Below are positions 44,616-54,920 of a stretch of 64,000 nucleotides of DNA, in pieces. The notes beneath the pieces are model-generated. The model ran no database searches and was not told where the DNA came from. It saw nothing but the letters and a program-made list of their open reading frames with translations. The DNA is from Strigamia acuminata (taxonomy: Eukaryota), in contig OX442314.1 of assembly GCA_949358305.1 (NCBI GenBank), positions 11,160,001-11,224,000 of the forward strand, written 5' to 3'. The position numbers and the translations under genes were made by a program. Every line of letters begins with the position of its first letter. The first letter of the stretch is position 1.

Positions 44616-47600
44616 ATGGCGACTCCTTCAGAGAAGAGACCGAGAGGAAGGCCGGCGAAGAGACGAGTGGCGATCGATCTACCAGTCGTGGATCAAGAAG
44701 TGACTGAGTCACAAGAATTGTTTGAAGCCATGGATCAAACAGCTAACTGTAACTCGGCACAGTTAATCGTGAATGAATTCACGCAAGCGTTGGAGCGACA
44801 ACAGCCATCCCCGCCAAGCGGCCAGTTGGACTTAAACAATCCAACTGGAAGTGGCCGTTCCAAGTCGCAAAACGATGATTTGAATTTACGAATTCAATCA
44901 TCAAGTGCGGAGCACTCGCTGAATTCATCACCGGTTCAAGGTGCAGCACAACAAGATTCTGAGAACTCCAATATGGAAGTTTCTCATTCTCCCGTGCGTG
45001 TTACCATGATGGACGCACTCCGTGAGCAAGCTAGGCTCGAGGGAGTAAAAGTCACTAGCGAAATGACTGTGGAACAAATCCACAAAGCTATGGTTCGCAA
45101 ACAAAGCCAAAAAGACGTTGAAATCGTCAGAACAAGCTTGCAAGCAGAGTTCGAGCGAATGCGTGCAGAAATGCATCAGCAAAATGCCGAACTAAAACAA
45201 CAACGTGCGAATGACCATGTTAAGTTGTTACAATTAGAACAGGAAAAAGCTTCCTGGCTAATTACTGACGAAGAGCAACAACAAAGGCTCGAGCAACTAA
45301 ATCAAGCCCAAAAAGATTTAGAAATTGCTAATGAAAATTTGAGATTGGCCAACGCAAATTTGCGAGAAGCCAACACAAATTTAATGACTGCCGAACTAAC
45401 CGCCCCAGTTCGAGCGAGGGAAGTAATTCCCTCCACTTCTCGAAATTACGAGAATCATGCTGCAGAGCAAGCAGCAAGAGCTAAGAGATTAGCACAACGA
45501 GAAAACGAAGTATTTCTCGCTCGACAGCAGTCCGTAATTGATGCTGGTCTAGCCGCCAAAAGTCAAAGTACTGCAGAGCAGTTATTACGTGCCGACTTAG
45601 CTGCGCAAGCTCGTGAAAACGAAATTCTTCGCGCAGATCTATTGACGGTACAAGAGAACTTTGCAGTAGTAGTACAAAAAGTACAAGACGTTTGTGGCGA
45701 AGATAATTTTGCAAAGCCAGCCCCAGTTTTGCAAAAAGGTGCTTCCAAATCACCTGAGTTGATTGATTTAACATCAGCTAAACCAAAAGTCAGTCGACAA
45801 TCAAGTTGGACTGACAGTGATGACTCACGCAGTAGTCGTGGAAGCCGTAACAGTCATCACAGTCGCAAAAAGCGAAAGCGACAACCAGACCCGACCGAAT
45901 ATCATTCCCCAAAAGTTACGCAAGATTCGGATCGATTCTTTAGCAATAGCGACCGATTAATCGGAATGCTAGAGAAAAAGAATAAAGAACGTGAGAAACC
46001 ACACGATCGTGGACGGTCACACGATAATCCGCGAGAAGGCTCACCAAAACGAGATTGTCATAACGACATCCGTGATGGGCCGAGATACCGTGGAAATCCG
46101 CCAGGTGGTGACCCACCAGGTGGAGATAGTTCAGATGGACATGGAGGTGGCCACTCACGTGACCACAATTCGAATGGCAATCGAAATGGAAGGGGACCAC
46201 CAAATGGAGACCGTCGTCCGCCAGATGGCGACGATCCTCCGGACCCTGATCCGCCGCCAAATCCGAATCATGAATCTGCGTCAGATACAGATTCCTCACG
46301 TCCCAGTGTGAGAGGGCGATCTCGTCACAGAACACGTAGTAGAACTCAAAGACCCGATTTCTACACGAAAGATGAGATTGACCAGTTGTTGAGGCAAAAT
46401 GCTCAACAACAGCGAAAAAGCAGAAGGGATAAAATTATTTTGCAAAAAATAAGTGAATTTACTTCTGATAAATGGACTCATCAAACAACAGATGAAAAGT
46501 TCATTAGATGGGATCGAGTTATCCCACATGCCTATAATGGAAATTGGCAAGCAGGGTCAAACCTCTTGCTGGAAATATTCGAACTAGGCAAAGTTCACAG
46601 TTTTAGCTGTGAAGGTGCATTGGCCCATCTAGTACCAAGAATACTAGTTGGCGGTGTCAAGGAGTGGTTTCGCAGGAAAGACTTCACGAAGTGGGATGAC
46701 TTCGTTAAACAATTTATGTTTAAATTTGGTGAATCGAGCGAAGACATCAAAACGCTCTGGAGATGTCTTAAGCAACGAAAAGGCGAAAGCTTACATTCGT
46801 ACATGCTAAGAGCAGAGAATCTGCTTGGCAGAATGCCACATGCTGTTACTGATGCAACAGCAGATGATCAGTTTAGAGCTGGCCTCACAGAATATAGTAA
46901 AAATATTCTGATGATGTCGGACGCTCCCGACCCGGGGAAATTCTCCGAGTTAAACGAATTCATGGAAGTCAATCAATTGCGCATTGACGAAAAGTACAAA
47001 GCTTATCTTACAGAAGCCGAAAGGTCAGCGTACTTAAAGCGAGAGAAAAGACTCGCTGAGCAAAACAATGAAACCTTTAATGGTTTGAAATTGTTGCAGC
47101 CACCTAGTTACGAAGACTTTCTAGACGAAGTGGATGAGAAGAGTTCGAAAAAAGAATCTTCCAAAAAGGACGTCAAAAATCCTCATTCAGTCCCTAAGTT
47201 ACACGCAAATATAACTGGAGCTGAAACTCCGTCGTCTGAAGCTGAAGAAGCTGAAGAGGAGGAGGAAACAGGAGACGAGACGATGGCTTTATTGGCCAAA
47301 GCAGCGGCGTTGTTAGCAAAAAATAACCCCGTTGCGGGCAAATGGAAGCCAAGGATGAAACCAAAAAATGTTTCATTTGACGCATCAAAGGTGAATACCG
47401 AAAGGAATTCAAAGTCACCTGCGGTGTCGCCAGAGCGCCGGTCTGACGCTCGTTCTCGTTCTGCCTCGCCAGCAGCAACGAAAAAGAAATCGCCTGCCAC
47501 TGATCCATGCAATTTATGCAAAAAATTAGGGCATTGGCAAAAAGACTGCCCTTCCTCTAAAAAGGACAAACCAGTGTCAACAGCTGAGTTTGAAAAAGCA

Positions 47601-47639
47601 GTCAAGATCATAACTGACATGTTTCGAAAAAACTTGTAG
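44616..47639 (+). CDS. gag: Gag, 1007 aa (N-terminal RPRGRP, coiled coil, low-complexity linker, capsid-like region, CCHC knuckle)
   Basis: W..F...F..KF...LKQRKGES capsid-like motif; CNLCKKLGHWQKDC knuckle. Confidence 0.93.
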   Translation: MATPSEKRPRGRPAKRRVAIDLPVVDQEVTESQELFEAMDQTANCNSAQLIVNEFTQALERQQPSPPSGQLDLNNPTGSGRSKSQNDDLNLRIQSSSAEHSLNSSPVQGAAQQDSENSNMEVSHSPVRVTMMDALREQARLEGVKVTSEMTVEQIHKAMVRKQSQKDVEIVRTSLQAEFERMRAEMHQQNAELKQQRANDHVKLLQLEQEKASWLITDEEQQQRLEQLNQAQKDLEIANENLRLANANLREANTNLMTAELTAPVRAREVIPSTSRNYENHAAEQAARAKRLAQRENEVFLARQQSVIDAGLAAKSQSTAEQLLRADLAAQARENEILRADLLTVQENFAVVVQKVQDVCGEDNFAKPAPVLQKGASKSPELIDLTSAKPKVSRQSSWTDSDDSRSSRGSRNSHHSRKKRKRQPDPTEYHSPKVTQDSDRFFSNSDRLIGMLEKKNKEREKPHDRGRSHDNPREGSPKRDCHNDIRDGPRYRGNPPGGDPPGGDSSDGHGGGHSRDHNSNGNRNGRGPPNGDRRPPDGDDPPDPDPPPNPNHESASDTDSSRPSVRGRSRHRTRSRTQRPDFYTKDEIDQLLRQNAQQQRKSRRDKIILQKISEFTSDKWTHQTTDEKFIRWDRVIPHAYNGNWQAGSNLLLEIFELGKVHSFSCEGALAHLVPRILVGGVKEWFRRKDFTKWDDFVKQFMFKFGESSEDIKTLWRCLKQRKGESLHSYMLRAENLLGRMPHAVTDATADDQFRAGLTEYSKNILMMSDAPDPGKFSELNEFMEVNQLRIDEKYKAYLTEAERSAYLKREKRLAEQNNETFNGLKLLQPPSYEDFLDEVDEKSSKKESSKKDVKNPHSVPKLHANITGAETPSSEAEEAEEEEETGDETMALLAKAAALLAKNNPVAGKWKPRMKPKNVSFDASKVNTERNSKSPAVSPERRSDARSRSASPAATKKKSPATDPCNLCKKLGHWQKDCPSSKKDKPVSTAEFEKAVKIITDMFRKNL

Positions 47640-47673
47640 ACGCAGATCCATCAGGTCTAGTGGACGCTGCGTC
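47627..47673 (+). promoter_or_regulatory. -1 ribosomal frameshift signal: A AAA AAC plus downstream hairpin
   Basis: Heptamer in gag phase (cgA AAA AAC); 5 nt later GACGCAG-ATCCA...TGGA-CG-CTGCGTC; pol is in the -1 frame and open from the heptamer. Confidence 0.8.
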
Positions 47674-50600
47674 ACCTCCGAAATCGGAATCAGAGAATGA
47701 AAATCTGAAGATAATGGAAGATGTTGGAGAAGTTATTGATGAATTAATTCGTCAAACAGAACTAAAAGAAAAAGGATCTCTTGATGTAAAAAAGGAGATT
47801 GTCGGCGAAACCCCGACTGAAGAAGACACTTCCAATATTCAAGATAAAGTCGAAGTTAAAGACGATAGACCAAGCTCAGTTCCAGAGACACCTGGAATTG
47901 AGGAGTGCATTAAGTTATTTGCAGCTACAACTCTTGATACCAATGAGTTATTAGATGAATTGCCTTTGGAGCCTCCAATTACAGTTCCTCATAAATTGCG
48001 CAAGTTTGAGTGCAAAGTGGCTGGAATACCAAACAGCCAAGACCTTCCGACGTTAAAGTTAGAAACGTTAAAAGGTGTAATAACCGGAATGTTGGACTCA
48101 GGAGCAAATAAAAGCTTCCTAGCCACTTCAGTTATTAATCAACTAGGTCTAGAAAAATATCTACGACCTATCGGACCTGGTGTCAGAGTTACGACGGCAA
48201 GTGAAGAAGTCACTCCAGATGGAACCATCCATCTTTCATTTCGATGGACACATGGCACGTTACGTCATCCGTTCATCGTAATACCAAATAAGTATCCAAT
48301 GGTACTATTGGGTTGCGATTTTATGAATAAATTAAAAATCCAACCTAATCCACAGACGATGTCTTGGAATTTCACGCAACCTATGGATGCAGATTTACCC
48401 TACATTCCACAAGCGTTGCTGGATCGTTATTTGGAGAAAATAGAGGAACCCGATTCCTCATTTATGACCTTTGCAAAAGCTTACGCTGCAAGTGTAACTC
48501 AAGGCAAAATTGATGAAGAGAATTTCATCCAAAAGTTAGTCGAAGAAGCTAACTTAAATTTGGAGCAATCCAAATTATTAGAAAAGATGTTATCCAAACA
48601 TAAAAGGATTATTTCTAAAGATCCAGGTAAAACACACCTGGTTAAGCACAAAATTGAGCTTGACACGGAGAAACCCATCCGTGTCCCCTTTAAGAGCATA
48701 AACCCTCAAAAAAGGGAAATAATCAGACAACTTTGTCAAGACATGATTGACAAAGGCGTAGTCGTCAAAGCTGAAGGCGATTACGGAATGCGGCCAGTCC
48801 TAGTCATGCGACCAGGAAACGACCCACGCTTGTGCATTGATTTTCGCCCCATCAATACACATACTAAGTACAACCCACCTCAAATGCCAACAATTGAGGA
48901 AATTCTGCGAGAAATCGGAGAATTCGAATGGGTCAGTACTATAGATCTGACCAAGGGATATTGGCAGATAGAATTGCGACCTGAAGACAGAGAAAAAACT
49001 GCCTTCTGGAGCCCAATGGGAAGACTAATGTTTTTAGTCATGCCTTTCGGATTAGTAAACGCACCAACTACTTTCCAAGAATTGATGGAAAAGGTTTTGG
49101 GTGACGTTTACAGAAAATTTGCATGGGCATATTTGGATGACATAATTGTTGTATCCAAATCGTTCGAAGAACACATTAAACATTTAGATATAGTGTTTAA
49201 AAAATTGGCAGAAGCTAATTTACATGCGCACCCTGGCAAGACGCATCTCTGTAGAAAGGAATTAATTTTTCTAGGCTACAAAGTAGGAGTAGAAGGACTT
49301 GCAGTAGACCCTAAAAAAGTCGCTGCAATTACGCAATTTCCGGCTCCTACCAATCTTAAGGAATTACAAAGATTTCTAGGCATGGTGAATTTCTTTCACC
49401 GCCTAATCAAGAATTTGGCCACAGTGGCAGAACCACTAAGGCCTCTCTTGAAGAAAGATGCGGAGTTCGATTGGGAACTGCATCATCAGGCAGCATTCGA
49501 CGCAATAAAAGACTTGCTTACGAATGCTGAAACAATGAAGATGCCTGACTTGTACATGCCATTTATTGTTCATACTGACGCCAGTAAACAAGGGTTGGGT
49601 GCAGCCCTTACACAAAAGAAAATTGTGGATGGCCAAGAAGTCGAAATGCCATGCGTGTATGCAAGCAGAAGCTTGCAACCCGCTGAAAAGAATTATACTG
49701 TGACAGAATTAGAATGTCTCGCAGTAGTATGGGGATTACGCAAATTTCGCCCATACTTAGAGTACACTACATTCACTGTACAAACGGATCACCAAGCACT
49801 TAAGTGGTTGATGTCGTTATCTGACCCGTCGGGCAGATTAGCTCGTTGGCAAATGGAGCTGATGGCGTATTCGTTCGAAATACAATACGTCAAAGGTCCG
49901 CTAAATGTAATAGCAGACGCATTGTCACGTGCACCTGTCAGCGCACCTGACGAACCAGAAGACGATGGCGATAATGATGATTTATTATCATATTGTCCAT
50001 CTCCTTGCCGAAGTTGGCAAATGGGAAAATTGAACGAATTACCCAAGTCAATAATAGTTAATGACGACGATCAAGCATTAATTAATTTTTGTATTAACAT
50101 GCATGATCCGTCAGGAACCCCTGACGTCGAATTAAGAGCTATGATGGCTAAAAAATTCGAGCTGCCAACAACAAATGTTTTAATTAAAGCATTTGCAGCT
50201 AAAATTGCTAAGCAATTAGAATGTGATCCTCCAACGAGAGATGACATTATTGCGGCGCAAAAAGCAGACCAATTTTGCCAACATATTCGCAATTACTTGT
50301 TAAACAAGCAATATCCAAGTTACATAGTAACTCGTCTTCAAAGAAGAAATTTTGAAAGACACGCGAGTACTTATCTCATTGAAGAAGATATGTTACTCCA
50401 TTATCATCCTACCTCTACCGATGAATTAGGAGAGGATGGTAGGGCACTTAAAGTTGTTGTGCCAAGAAAATTGATTTATAAAATCATTTGGTTGATGCAC
50501 GGACATCCACTGTCCGGCCACCCAGGCATTGCGAGGACAATGTACCGAACTCGAAGAGTTTATACCTGGAAAGGTATGAAACGTGATATTACACGTTTTA

Positions 50601-51886
50601 TTCAACATTGTCAAGGATGTCAGGCATGTAAGCCGAGATCAAAGACCGAAATTGAAGGCGCTCAAATTGGACCATTTGGACCATTTGACTGCCTCAGTGT
50701 GGATTTGTCTGGTCCCAAACCAAGAACCAGAAAAAACAATACCCACATTTGCGTCATCATAGATGTCGCTACACATTGGCCCGAATTATTTCCAATGTGT
50801 AATCCAACGGCAATAAAAGTTGCCAACACAATTTATCACTTATCAATGACTTTCGGATTTCCGAGACAAATCATAAGTGATAATGGACCACAATTTCGAT
50901 CACAGGTCTATAAAGAATTTTGCAAAAAATTCGACATGTCGCGAACACCGACATCGATTTATCATCCACAAAGCAATCCTGTGGAAAGAACCAATCGAGA
51001 TATTAAATATTTAGTTTCGATTTATTTAGATATTCATGACCAATGGGATGAGTATCTACGCGAATTTGCATTCAGTTTGAGAACAACTGTAACAAGAGGC
51101 AGAGATTATTCTCCTGCTTTCTTAAATTTTTTCCGAGAATTAAGAATTCCTTGGGATCCAAGAATTCCGGAAGGAATTTTAGTCATTGATCCAAAAAATC
51201 CGCATTTATATGTTCAGAAATTAGAAACAATAATTGCAGAGACGTATCAGCATATGATGTCTCACGTCTTAGATTTGAGACGCCGTGTCGAAGCTGAAAA
51301 ATCAGATAAGAAATTCGACAACTTCAGACAAAATGATTTAGTCTGGCGAGAGTCTCATATTCTCTCAAATGCCGCTAAAGGAATAGCAGCAGGCATTTCA
51401 CCGAAAAGGAATGGGCCTTATGTAATTATCAAAAGGTTACAAGGAGGCGCCTTTCAACTTCGACGGCTGAGTGATAATAAAATTTATCCAGCTGTTCACG
51501 GCACTGAATTAATGCCGTACTTTCCCGTTTTCAACCAAGAAATTTGGCTGGAAGGGGAGGAAGTGGGTCAAAAAACAAAAAATATTGTTAATACCTTGGA
51601 TGATGCTAAATTATCCAAAATTCCTGTCGAAAACACGGAATCGAGTAAAAAATCGAAACTCAAAAATAACGAAGTCGATGAAATAAACCAGCGACTTGAA
51701 AATGTTTCTCTTGATGAAAATCTAGAAAAGGAAATGTTTTTAGAAAAAGAGAAAATTTCAAACAATGAAGTATATAACTCATCTGACATTGGAGACGATG
51801 CTGATGACAATCTAAACAAGTTGGATTGTACTTCGCGAAAGTCAAAGTACAACTTGAGATCTCGCGTTCCGCGAGCCAAGACATAG
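47633..51886 (+). CDS. pol: Pol polyprotein: protease, RT, RNase H, integrase (probably made as a Gag-Pol fusion)
   Basis: LDSGA; RLCIDFR, DLTKGYWQI, MPFGL, YLDD; TDAS, ELECLA, TDH, ADALSR; H..P.SGHPG..C..C, SDNGPQF, NPVER, GPY. Confidence 0.98.
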   Translation, partial: LVDADPSGLVDAASPPKSESENENLKIMEDVGEVIDELIRQTELKEKGSLDVKKEIVGETPTEEDTSNIQDKVEVKDDRPSSVPETPGIEECIKLFAATTLDTNELLDELPLEPPITVPHKLRKFECKVAGIPNSQDLPTLKLETLKGVITGMLDSGANKSFLATSVINQLGLEKYLRPIGPGVRVTTASEEVTPDGTIHLSFRWTHGTLRHPFIVIPNKYPMVLLGCDFMNKLKIQPNPQTMSWNFTQPMDADLPYIPQALLDRYLEKIEEPDSSFMTFAKAYAASVTQGKIDEENFIQKLVEEANLNLEQSKLLEKMLSKHKRIISKDPGKTHLVKHKIELDTEKPIRVPFKSINPQKREIIRQLCQDMIDKGVVVKAEGDYGMRPVLVMRPGNDPRLCIDFRPINTHTKYNPPQMPTIEEILREIGEFEWVSTIDLTKGYWQIELRPEDREKTAFWSPMGRLMFLVMPFGLVNAPTTFQELMEKVLGDVYRKFAWAYLDDIIVVSKSFEEHIKHLDIVFKKLAEANLHAHPGKTHLCRKELIFLGYKVGVEGLAVDPKKVAAITQFPAPTNLKELQRFLGMVNFFHRLIKNLATVAEPLRPLLKKDAEFDWELHHQAAFDAIKDLLTNAETMKMPDLYMPFIVHTDASKQGLGAALTQKKIVDGQEVEMPCVYASRSLQPAEKNYTVTELECLAVVWGLRKFRPYLEYTTFTVQTDHQALKWLMSLSDPSGRLARWQMELMAYSFEIQYVKGPLNVIADALSRAPVSAPDEPEDDGDNDDLLSYCPSPCRSWQMGKLNELPKSIIVNDDDQALINFCINMHDPSGTPDVELRAMMAKKFELPTTNVLIKAFAAKIAKQLECDPPTRDDIIAAQKADQFCQHIRNYLLNKQYPSYIVTRLQRRNFERHASTYLIEEDMLLHYHPTSTDELGEDGRALKVVVPRKLIYKIIWLMHGHPLSGHPGIARTMYRTRRVYTWKGMKRDITRFIQHCQGCQACKPRSKTEIEGAQIGPFGPFDCLSVDLSGPKPRTRKNNTHICVIIDVATHWPELFPMCNPTAIKVANTIYHLSMTFGFPRQIISDNGPQFRSQVYKEFCKKFDMSRTPTSIYHPQSNPVERTNRDIKYLVSIYLDIHDQWDEYLREFAFSLRTTVTRGRDYSPAFLNFFRELRIPWDPRIPEGILVIDPKNPHLYVQKLETIIAETYQHMMSHVLDLRRRVEAEKSDKKFDNFRQNDLVWRESHILSNAAKGIAAGISPKRNGPYVIIKRLQGGAFQLRRLSDNKIYPAVHGTELMPYFPVFNQEIWLEGEEVGQKTKNIVNTLDDAKLSKIPVENTESSKKSKLKNNEVDEINQRLENVSLDENLEKEMFLEKEKISNNEVYNSSDIGDDADDNLNKLDCTSRKSKYNLRSRVPRAKT

Positions 51887-52075
51887 TGTTGTCTTTCACC
51901 TTTTGGGTTTACCCAAAAGATCCGAGAAAGCAATCTCGTGACGTCATTCGTAGTACCCACTCGAATGACAACGTTAATCATACGTTATAATTAGTGACGT
52001 CACAAAGCGTCTCTAATCCAAGTTCGTGTTTGCAATCAACGAACTTAGTCACTTTTTCAAAAGTTTCGAGAGTGT

Positions 52076-54868
52076 ATGCATCGCATCGCCTACGTTACGA
52101 CCCGAATAGTTCGACAACCTGATCGTAAGTAATTTTTCTGTATGAAAAATTTGATAAAACATAAGATTTATGTATTATTTCTCTTTCAAGACGAAAGAAT
52201 TTCCGAAATTACCGGAAAACGAAAGAGAATGGACGAGGAAGCGATCCAACTCCAGGCGGACGGAGAAATGCCCATGGAAGGGGCAAATGAAGACGTTCAA
52301 TTGACGCTTCAACAACGGGTAAATTATTAGAATAAATTTTTACCAAGTGTTTAAGTCAGAAAAATTGAGTAATTTCACTTTTCCTGACTTCAAACACAAG
52401 CCGCTAAAAAATAAAAATGGCGGCTATAAAAGTCACGTGCTTCAAGCATGTGCGAAGGGAGTTGCCATGACAACCAACATCCCTTAGTGACTCACAGCCA
52501 CAAGCGCTAAGCTTAAAAAATATTTCAAATAAGAAATTATTTGTTTATTTTTAAATAAACTAATTTATTTATTTTTCTTCGAATACAGATCGAGAGGGAT
52601 CGAGAAACGCCATTCGCGCTTCCCGATCACGTGCCGACTCAGCACCCGCTGATTTTTCGAGCGGCATTGCCCGAAAAAATCAGAAGACTGAAGACGGCAA
52701 ACAATACCTGGTGGAAGTTGCGCCACGACTTCAGCAGATCAGCGCTGCAAGGATTTGGTGCAAAAGGAAGATTCATCGAGCGCCTTCACGTGGACGGTGT
52801 CGACGAAATCGAGTGGACGCTCGACGAGAGCCCCCCAGGACCGCTTGCAGCAGAGTTGCTGCACAACCAGTGGCCAGTGACGCCACGAGAGCGTCACGAG
52901 CGCAGAAGAGCGCTAAAGAGTACCGGAATTAATTACGGTGCTCTAACCCAATTGAGGAAGAACCTCAAGACGACACAACGCGAAGTCGTTAAACGGTATC
53001 GCAAATCCGTTCGTGACGGGAACCCACAACTTCCCGTCACACAAACCGAGCTCCACCAGTTGGCGCTCGCCGGGTGTTTTAACGATTTTCCGGGATTTTT
53101 CCCGTCCAAAGCACTCAGAGCTGCCGCGGTGCAGCTTCGCGTCGACGAAAATCGACAACTGGCTCGAGAACACGAGGCAGAGGAGCAAGCGCGTTGCGCT
53201 CTCCCTTTTTATCAAGAAGATGAAATTCCGGCCCCAGCGGCCATCAATCCTCCGCCGCAAGACGAGGATTTGAGGGTGGGGCAACTCCCTCCGCCGGTTC
53301 CAGTCCGACCGATGTTCCGCGAATCAAGCCGCGATCGAGAGGAACGTCAGAAGCGATCACGCCCATATTCGACTGACGCGCAGCCATCACGCCCGCAGTC
53401 GCGACGAGGACGGACACCAGAGTCGTTTGGCTCGTCGTCTTCGCTGAGTTTTGAATCGGACTCCACAATTAAGTCCGCCCGAAGTAGCCGAACCGCCTCC
53501 ACGTTCAAAGTGGACAACTCGGCTACTCCATACGCCATGAGACGTGTTGTCGGTGATATTTCTCCCGACTGTAGCGTGCCAGTACCTGGACATGCTAGCC
53601 GCTTGCCCGAACAAGGATATGTTTCCCGCTTGCCGGCTGGAGTTAGCAACCTGCAACTCCGGCCATTTTTTAGTGAGTCATTCGGCCCACAATGGACCTG
53701 CTACGAGCAGCAACCCATTAGAGCACAGCAGGAAGTGCTCCAGAAGCTGGACGCATACCAAAGCGCCCAGATCGCCGAGTCGCAGAAGGACTGGCAGAGA
53801 CTAGCTGAAAGGCTAGAAGTCTCCGACATCAATACCATTGATGATCCCCGTCTGATGGATTTTCAGCGTCAGCTAATTCCGGGGATGACTAGGGTGTTGT
53901 ACCCTGGTGTTCTTCCTTCGCCAGGACAGGCGTTAGCGGCCATAACGTACCTTTGGACCGCGCCGATGGGCCTGTCGGAGAAGAAAGTCGAGCTGTGGTA
54001 CCACCTCAGGCTCGACCCGCCTACGATCTTAGCCGAGCTAATAAAGCAAGTCGTAGCAAACGGTGAGACCGAAGAAGAGGCCGCCGTTCGGTTGCGAACC
54101 GAGTGGTCCTTTGCGAAGGCCACGGCGCGAATGACCGGAAGACCACCGCTTCCAGTTACAAGCGCCACAGCAGCTGCGTCACTGGCTGTTTTCCAGTCGG
54201 CCCAAGAGGGCGCTGGATGTTCATTTTGGCCAGAGAACGCCGGAAGTTCTCAAACTCCAGCCGGAGTTCAACGGGTAGTCAAAACCCGTCAGCTCCCCGG
54301 TATGGGTCGAGCACCGGGACGAGGCGTCACACCCTCGTCAACCTCCGCACCCGCGTTGGTTTTCTTGGGCCCGCAGTGCCAGTTTGACGATGCCACGACG
54401 GAAGACTCACGTCCGCCGCCGCCGCCAGCCAAGCCGGAGACGAAGGTCAAGCCGCTGAAAAAAGAGTCGGCTTTCAAGACCCTAATGCGCCTGTATCCGC
54501 ACTTCTATTTGACGCCGGATACGCGAACACTGCTTAGCAACAACCACAAGTTGTCGAGGCAGGTGTTTATGTGGCTCGAGGACCACATCCGGGTGTTAAG
54601 CCCACCATCGGTGCTCCATGATCGACTCCTGAGAGCACGATTAGCGCCAGAGGATCCAATCGAGTTCGCGGCGCTAGGATGCTTCAACCGAGCGAACTCG
54701 GCAAGAATCATCCAGGTTTGGCTTCATGTCAACCCTGGAATGGTCTCCGGACCAAACGCAGGTCGCGACCTGTGTACGGTTAACGAGCGGTCCAACCCGA
54801 GGGACGACACCACGGATATGATGCGCCCGTTGACGCCTGAGCGAACTCAGACCATGGACGAATCATAA
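52076..54868 (+). CDS. Third gene of the LTR element, unknown function, spliced: exons 52076-52124, 52191-52318, 52589-54868 (818 aa)
   Basis: ATG at 52076; donor C|GTAAGT; acceptor TTTCTCTTTCAAG|AC (phase 1, restores CAC); donor CGG|GTAAAT; acceptor TTCTTCGAATACAG|ATC (phase 0) in frame with the 745-codon ORF, which has no early ATG of its own. Confidence 0.78.
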
Positions 54869-54907
54869 ATTGGTTCGTTCATTTTCTCTCCATGTAAGAT
54901 TCGTCTT

Positions 54908-54920
54908 AAATGGGGGGATG
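54908..54920 (+). promoter_or_regulatory. Polypurine tract
   Basis: AAATGGGGGGATG directly before the 3' LTR. Confidence 0.8.

Noticed and set aside
52631..54868. Third ORF as env
   Set aside because: No signal peptide, transmembrane anchor or Cys-rich ectodomain pattern; the composition looks soluble and nuclear.
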